A stretch of 64,000 bases of DNA from Octopus sinensis (taxonomy: Eukaryota): assembly GCF_006345805.1 (NCBI RefSeq), contig NW_021833255.1, positions 13,718 through 77,717 on the forward strand, read 5' to 3'. The position numbers were made by a program, and so were the translations under genes. A model generated the notes under the pieces. The model was not told the DNA's origin. It worked only from the letters and a program-made list of their open reading frames with translations, and ran no database searches. How positions within the stretch are numbered: the stretch's first letter is position 1; every line of letters begins with the position of its first letter. Of the stretch, positions 54,891-64,000 are shown one piece after another.

Positions 54891-55930
54891 ATAAATATTA
54901 GGGAATAAATCCAAACTTACAGGGAAAAATCAGATTTAGGATTGAATCCAATTTTATAGTAAAATATTATATTAAATTAGAGACAAAACCACTATTAAGC
55001 AAATCAAACAATGAAAAACTTAAGCCAATACATAAGATTATTATATTTATATTATTAAATATATAACAAAATTATTAAAAATATAATTAATATCACACTA
55101 CGATCGTTTCATGCCTGCTAACTTCTTCAATTTTTAAGTCGCAGTCATTCATCAGGTGGTTTAAATATCTAAAATATAATCAATATTTTAAGATATAAAT
55201 AATATATATAATATAATAATTTTACTTATAATAAACTCTATTATTAAATATGATTATATCGAAATCGACTATAATGTTAAATATTAACTTTAATTTATAA
55301 GGTAGAAAACCCATAATCTAATATCAATATTAGTCTATATCTAATTACATAAATATTTAAAATGACTAATATATATAAATTATCAATGAAAATATATATA
55401 AATATTATAATCAAGATCTAAAATAATCTCTATAAATAATTGTATATAATGAAAACCTAATAAATTTAACTTTTCATATTTAAAGATGAAATAGCTAATT
55501 TCAAAATACAAATAAACTAACTTTAACGGACTTTCAAAATCTTATGTAAAATACTTATAGAAATATTCAATTCTTAGTAATATAGTATCAAATAAATACT
55601 ATAAGTACTATAAATATAATTATGAATGGGAATAATTATCTAATATAAATTATGCTATTAAATAAGACATGGCCTAGACCAATCTTTAGTCGAAACATAT
55701 CTAATTTTATCAAAGTTTATCTAATTTATTTAATATCTAATAACATAGAAAATTAAGATAATTAGATCATTACATAAACAACGATATTTACATAATGAGA
55801 ATATTATTACTCCAAAGGCTTATACAATATTAAAATTTACAATTTGAAGATCTTAAAAAGATACATACTTATCTTGGCGAGGTTTAAACAATGAACTAAA
55901 ATTTTGAATCAAAAAACGTCTTATACAGCG
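54891..55930 (-). repeat. AT-rich PLE pLTR-like repeat
   Basis: Collinear with 16146-17310, abuts (TA)n, contains a hammerhead at 55096-55158. Confidence 0.72.
55096..55158 (-). ncRNA. Minimal type I hammerhead ribozyme (stem III CGATCG)
   Basis: CAC-CTGATGA-ATGACTGC..GCAGGCAT-GAAA-CGATCG-TA-GTG. Confidence 0.75.
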
Positions 55931-55964
55931 TTTAAAAGGCCCTTAGAGAGGCAGGTTATAATAG

Positions 55965-55995
<31 letters not shown>

Positions 55996-57578
55996 AACAT
56001 TAAACACATGGAAGTTGAAAGTGTGATTCAGTAATGAACAAAGAAATAGACTTACACCTCCGCTGGACCCCTGAGTTATTCAATTCTAATGGATAAAGTA
56101 CTTGCGTTCAAACTTTCACAACTGGTACGACTGTATGAATTCTATGGTGAAGTATTTTGCCTCTTTAATATTTGAAATGCAAAATGAAAAGGAAAACTCA
56201 TTTCTATTCGTTTCGAATGATAGATAAATTTTGCCAAGATGTCTTTGGTTTCCCGATGCCAATGAAACAAAGTCAGTCTTCTCAATGAAGATTAGAAACT
56301 TTCTGTTTTATATTTATATTGCAACTTCAGTAACCTGACCAATCAAGGTAAAAAACAAAAATAGGTGACTGATTGTTAGATAAGAGTTGGAATAACGACG
56401 GTCTTTGTATTCAGGTGCTTCTTGTTTTCAGTCTCATCTTATTTGATATCATTTTCTTAGGGGGCATTTTTTCTTATGAATGTTCTAAATTCCACAACTA
56501 ATAAGTACTTTTGAAATTTCAGACACCGTGTCATATATTGTCATATAATACAACACACACGATCACACATCCACATACATACAAGTACACACACACACAC
56601 AACACACACACATACACACACACACACACACACACGCACACACACACAAACTCAGATGTATACTCACAGATATATGATATGTATGAATATAGACAAATAG
56701 ATAAGTACACACACAGTCATAGGAAATATAACAACTTCATGAGCAAATTCTTTTTGATTTAACCTTCTGTTTCTGCTTTAAATTTAAATGCAACTGTAGT
56801 ATCTTGACCAATCAAGGTAGATACAAAAGCAGGTGGGTGATCGACGGATGAGAGTCGCGACAATGACGGACATTATATTCCGCTGCTTCAGTTTTCAATC
56901 TCATCTTATTGGATTCCATTTTCTGCAGGAATATTTTTAATGTGAATATTCGAAATTACGCTACCAGTAAACATTTTTGCATCACAATGGACATACGGTT
57001 CTAATACTCCTCGAAAACCATCGGCCATACCAGCAATGTTATACTATTAATAATTGGACATGCTCTAATTAGCATACAAATTAAAGACAAGATGAATAGA
57101 TAATTATGTAAAGACGCAACGAAATGAAAAACTAGGTAATTAATGAAAATTATACTAAAGATGTAGGACAACTCATTGAGTGATAGGTGCGTCGCCACCA
57201 GATAATTTTGAGTCGGAACATTCTCCAAAATATGTCTCTTGCACACCATTAATCCGTCAAAGCCGAAGGCAGCCATGAGAATTTTTTCATATCGGACTAA
57301 ACAAATAATCACACGTACCCTAGAAAAAATTAAGGATTCGCATTGCATCGAATGCTTGTGTGGATATATTAAATATAACACAGAATAAATAATTTATTTA
57401 TTGAAAATATATCCGCTCCTAGGACAATCATTTGGTAGTAATTCGGATGAAGTTCAAACGGGGAGCGGAGATAATCTCAAGAATTAAGATTTCCTCAAAA
57501 CTGTCATGATTTTAATGCGAAAATGATCTGATTGTCTGGAAACAAAAAGTGTTGTTGAGATCTGAACCTCAATAGCAC

Positions 57579-57767
57579 ACTAGGAAATGATATTGTTACA
57601 CCACTAAGAATCAAAAGCAGAATTATCAGAATGGTTTGGTCTCATCTGAGAAAGCCTGTGACAATTAACAGACATGCTGGAACAGTCAAAGAAAAGGCTG
57701 AGAATAAAACTCGGACAGAACGTGTTGATGGATATTTCTTGGAAAGTAGAAAATCTGCAAACTTACA
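57579..57767 (-). pseudogene. SLC17 relic fragment (copy G)
   Basis: Hand translation gives CKFADFLLSKKYPSTRSVRVLFSAFSLTVPACLLIVTGFLR*DQTILIILLLILSGVTISF, which matches the TM8-10 region of the paralogs with an in-frame stop. Confidence 0.85.
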
Positions 57768-58080
57768 TAGATGTGACATAGATTCTGGTATTTTGTTTTA
57801 AATTGTAATGTTTGGAAAAGGCAATAATACCACAGTTCACTGTCTGTTGTACATATGAGCTCTCACATAGTTAAGAAAGAGTCGAAAGATTTATGGCAAA
57901 TATCTGGTTACGGTAAAATGTCAAACATTACAAATTATATAACGTGATTAATGGGGTAGAACATCATAGAAAAGAATAAATATGATGAAGTCTGCAGTAT
58001 AAGTTGACTAAAATTGAGAGTATGATAGAAGACGCCTTGCTCTTCCTTTCGTAGAAGAAAAAATTCAAATCGGACAATGT

Positions 58081-58280
58081 TAGCACCAAAAATTATTTAC
58101 ATCAAAAGGTACGTTTTTCTTTGACAATCCCTATTTTTTTCGCCATTTTCCGTGTATTTCAACCAGAAAAATGTTTACTTAAAGAGAATAACAAGGTACA
58201 TAATGCAAAATTTTTACTTTTCAAAAATTCCAATTCTAAAGGGTCGAAACAAACCCGAGCAACGCCGGGCGATACAGTTA
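58081..58280 (+). mobile_element. Possible Helitron 3' end
   Basis: CCCGAGCAACGCCGGG hairpin followed by a degenerate TTAGT. Confidence 0.45.
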
Positions 58281-58876
58281 GTTCATTACATATCTCAATA
58301 TCCCATGTCATTTATTACTTCTGTTTGTTATTTCTTGTTACTTCTATTAAAAATAAAAATAAAATAACTCAAAATATGCTTCGCACTTTAGAAAAATTCA
58401 CTTTTTAAAATTATTAATTAATAATTAGAAATTTGAAAACAGGTTATAAAAATAATACTAGTACATAATTAGTTAGTACAATAAATAGAATAATACAAAA
58501 ATTAGTTACATATTACAATAAATTCTACCTATAGTAACAAATTCACACTAAAATTTGCTTGAGTTACTGCCAAGTTTTCACATGTTTAGTCTTGACCCAA
58601 TGCCTATTTTTTACAAAATGAATTTGCCTACATTATATATACTATTTTACTTTGCATAAAACTTTAGCTATATTGGTACTTCTGGCTCTCATTTTTAAAG
58701 TTTTCTAGTGTGTTAATATTTTAAAGAAAATGATGGTACGTTTTTTAATTATAATGTTACTTTGTAAATTAAAATCAAATAATTGTTAATATTCAAATTT
58801 ATCCTCAGCTGCAATATTTTAAATAAAAATTTTCTTGTTGTGGCGATTGATAGACAGACAGATAGATAGATAGATT

Positions 58877-58929
<53 letters not shown>

Positions 58930-58931
58930 GC

Positions 58932-58999
<68 letters not shown>

Positions 59000-59572
59000 G
59001 TTAGCAGATGTAATAACGTGTCATGAACTTTTCCAAGTCTAATAACTTGTCCTGTACTTTTCCAGGTTTAGAATCTTAAGAATATTATTTCTTTTGCTCG
59101 CATTTTCCATGTAATGCATGTTTGCTATTATTCTAATTAATAATGTGTCAATTAATAATTCAAGATTTTACCTTATTGAAAATTACCTCAATGACGTCCC
59201 CTTATAGAACTATATTCGTAAAAAGTATGGAACTATATTATCACCCTCAAATATAAGAATTAAACACTCATAACTTTTTTTCCTTTAAAATTTCTTTCTC
59301 GTCTCAGATATTATGGGACTGTGTTTACATCTTCCTTGTTGTAGGACACATTTCTTAGGTAAGGATGCGCATCCTTTTCTAAAGCACTGTGTAGAATTTC
59401 TTTCCTACCAAAAAGAATGTGTTTTGGTATGCGACCTACGCAACTTCTTCCAAAATTACTATAATTTACTTTCGGCAAAATTAGTGTCCGTTTTGTTGCT
59501 TTTGTTGTTGGTCACCTTTTCTTTGTTGAAGTTGAAATCAATTTTCTGAAAGTATATATGTATATATGTGTA

Positions 59573-59798
<226 letters not shown>

Positions 59799-59910
59799 AA
59801 TCGCCACAACAAAGTTTTTATTTTCTCCCCTTGTTCCTTTCTGTGTTCCTTTTTGTAGAAAAGCGTAGAGATTATAAAATTGAAGCAAAACCAGTCAATA
59901 TATATATATA

Positions 59911-61173
<1,263 letters not shown>

Positions 61174-61185
61174 AGCAAACGAATA

Positions 61186-62649
61186 CTAAGCAATTTTATT
61201 TGATTGTGTGTCGCTATGATTAACGTAAGGTCCAGACTCTTCTGACCTTGCCCAATCTTGTATTTCTCCTCTTGCAAATATTGTATACAAGATTGCGCCA
61301 GATACACATATGCCAGACAGCAATGCAAACACAATCTGCCATTCTTTTTTAGTGCCGTTTGGGGTCAAGGCTTTCGTAGATAAGGGACAAATGCTGCTGG
61401 CTATTGTTCCAAAAGTGTTTGCAATTCCAAATACAATACCTGCATATTTTGGAGCAATATCTTTGTTGTTCACGTAAACACCACCGCAGATAAATGATAT
61501 TGTTACACCACAGAGAAACAAGAGAAAACTTATTAGAATGGTTTGGTCACATCTGAGGAAAGTTACGGCAATTAATAAACATCCAGATAGAATCAGAGAA
61601 AAGTCTTGGAACAAAACACGGACACAACGAGTTGACACATATTTCTTGGAAAGTACGAAATCAGCCAGATTCCCACATAATGGTAGAGCAATGACTTGTC
61701 CAATTGAATGGGCAGACGACATTAAACCGTTGGATGTGATTTCAATTTTTAGTGCTTCGTTCATATACAGAGGAAGCAATACCTGTAAAGATGTTTGCAT
61801 CCACTTGTTAGCGAACATAGCGAAGTTAATTGCCCAAACTGCAGGTGAAGAAAATAATTTTTTCCATGGTACATTCTTAATTGCCTTTTTGTTTGTTATA
61901 GATGTATTTAGATAAGAACGTTCTTCGTCGGTGATTGTCGGGTGGGTGTCCGGATTATCATAAACAAAATAACACCATACACAGCTAAACGCCAGCGATA
62001 AACTACCAAATACATAAAATATGGAACCCCATCCATTATCAAAGCCATAAACACAAAGGTAACCTGATACTGAATGGCCTACGAAGGTACCTAGAAATTG
62101 ACCAGCAAATGAAAACCCAATCAGTGAACCAATTTCCTGTGGCGGTCCCCAACGTCTAAATATTGAATGAATTGCTGGGTATATAGGTCCAGATACCATA
62201 CCTGTTAAAATTCTAAGAACAAGCGTAATGTAACCACTAATTCGAGATAAACTTGGGTGAAGAACAGACAGAATAGAGGCTAAGATTAGTGAACCCGCCA
62301 CAACTCTTTTCCCCCCGTATTTATCAGCCAAGAAACCACCCACAATATTAGACATAATATATCCATAAAAGTACCCGGCCAACATGTTCGATTGTAATGT
62401 GGCACTCCATTCGAATTCTCCTTCAAAATTTTGATTCATTGAATAATTATCTGAACCGGAACAGTGTTGGTTGTTTACAGAAATGTTAACTTCCTCAGTT
62501 GTACGATTGGGCGTTTTCAACATACAAACAAAAGCCATACTTAGATCGACTTTGAATGTTTGTATGAGTATAGAAGCAAAAAAACAAGCATAACACAATC
62601 TCCACCGACAGGAACAATAACGCTTCGCATACTCGATAAACTTAGACAT
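61186..62649 (-). CDS. SLC17/sialin-like transporter, copy F, intact single exon (~487 aa from ATG)
   Basis: Uninterrupted ORF. ATG is at 62649; the track start is GTG. Confidence 0.92.
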   Translation of the reverse strand: MSKFIEYAKRYCSCRWRLCYACFFASILIQTFKVDLSMAFVCMLKTPNRTTEEVNISVNNQHCSGSDNYSMNQNFEGEFEWSATLQSNMLAGYFYGYIMSNIVGGFLADKYGGKRVVAGSLILASILSVLHPSLSRISGYITLVLRILTGMVSGPIYPAIHSIFRRWGPPQEIGSLIGFSFAGQFLGTFVGHSVSGYLCVYGFDNGWGSIFYVFGSLSLAFSCVWCYFVYDNPDTHPTITDEERSYLNTSITNKKAIKNVPWKKLFSSPAVWAINFAMFANKWMQTSLQVLLPLYMNEALKIEITSNGLMSSAHSIGQVIALPLCGNLADFVLSKKYVSTRCVRVLFQDFSLILSGCLLIAVTFLRCDQTILISFLLFLCGVTISFICGGVYVNNKDIAPKYAGIVFGIANTFGTIASSICPLSTKALTPNGTKKEWQIVFALLSGICVSGAILYTIFARGEIQDWARSEESGPYVNHSDTQSNKIA

Positions 62650-63436
62650 TTTTATGGTCTGACTTCTGGTTCTCACAATGTATTACTTGGAACTGAATGT
62701 TTGTACATATATTAATCCACGATAGATGTAACATAAATATGTGAACAATACCAATATTTCCAGTTCCTAAGGCGACGAGCTGGCAGAGACGTTAGGACGC
62801 CGAGCGAAATGCTTAGCAGTATTTTGTCTGTCTTTACGTCCTGAGTTCAAATTCCATCAAAGTCAACTTTGCCTTTCATCCTTTCGGGGTCGATAAATTA
62901 ACTGGGGTCGATATAATCGACTGGCACCCTCTCCCAAAATTTCGGGCCTTGTGCCTAGAGTAGAAAGGAATATATCCAATTCCTTCTGTTTACGGTAAAT
63001 ATGAAATTCCACATATATTTAAAACAACTTTAAAAGACTCTTCTAATCAACTGCTCATCGAAAGATGTTGCTTCAAATCCATATTATTCGTTGATATGTT
63101 TCATTGTATCTTATATTTGTTCTGCATATTTTCTTGGTGGTGTTTGCAAGAAATTTTCTATTCCAGGTTGCATCATTACAGGTAATCCACTCCTTGTAGC
63201 AGGAATTGAGAGTCCACGTGTAGGAAATATTAGCACAGTAACAAATGCTGAGAATTTAAGTTCTTTGAGTGTTTGTTTAAGCTTCTTTATGCTCTTAGTT
63301 CTGGAAAGAATTCCTCGATTGTACATTCGTGGAAATGTGTGACCTGTACGAATATAAAGAATCAATATTAATTTATATATCTATATATATATATTAGCAC
63401 TTATATATACATATACACGCACACACACACACATAA

Positions 63437-63471
<35 letters not shown>

Positions 63472-63680
63472 CAAGAAAAAAGCAACAAGAATGGATTAGT
63501 TGTTCAGTACCATTGTTTCATACGAAGAGCAGCTTATTAAAAGCTGCAAATATTGCAGCAAACTGTGCATCATTAGATAACTTTTCAAGTCTGTTTACAA
63601 TCTAACATTGCTTTTTATAGAACTCTCTTCGATACTTCATGAGTGTAGCCTCACCCCCTAGGATGTTTGGAAAACTCATA

Positions 63681-63776
63681 TGTGTTTTGGCTGATGAATA
63701 CGGGACACTTGTATCTGCTGCTATATTTGCAGCTTTTAATAAAGCTGTTCTTCGTATGAAACAATTGTACTGAACA
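63681..63776 (+). ncRNA. Minimal type I hammerhead ribozyme (stem III CAATTG)
   Basis: TTGG-CTGATGA-ATACG..CGTAT-GAAA-CAATTG-TA-CTGAA, predicted cut after 63769. Stem I relies partly on G-U pairs. Confidence 0.78.
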
Positions 63777-64000
63777 ACTAATCCATTCTTGTTGCTTTTT
63801 TCTTGTTTATAATCACCCCACATTATTTTATGGTTAATACCATATAGATTTCTGGTGCCTCTAAGTTAAGTACCGCATTCATGTGAATTCATTGGAACTC
63901 ATTTGAATCTTAATTGTTTTTACTGAATATATATATATATACATGCAAATAAAAGCATGCGTCCTCACGCACATCCACAAAGGGGTTAAACGCGTTAGGA

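Overview
AT-rich, repeat-dense eukaryotic DNA. The SINE families and the sialin-like gene expansion suggest an octopus, but that assignment is inference. The host genes form a cluster of single-exon SLC17/sialin-like MFS transporters: two intact (33716-35203, 61186-62649), two broken only by 1-bp deletions that may be assembly errors (25432-26906, 46293-47753), two complementary pseudogenes (2291-3288, 10254-11504) and one relic (57579-57767). Mobile DNA includes a near full-length CR1/L2-group LINE with CCCH fingers in ORF1, two Penelope-like elements (PLEs), Dong/R4-like fragments in (TAA)n, a mariner relic, Helitron-like pieces, a MITE and many SINEs. The most striking unexplained structure is a set of minimal type I hammerhead ribozyme motifs from about six unrelated sequence families. 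Each family has its own self-complementary stem III word (CTGCAG, CACGTG, CAATTG, CGATCG, CGCG, ACCGGT). Several sit in a recurring layout: microsatellite, inverted arm, forward copy with hammerhead, microsatellite. One such insertion truncates an SLC17 gene. All alignments and folds were done by eye; no searches or folding programs were run.
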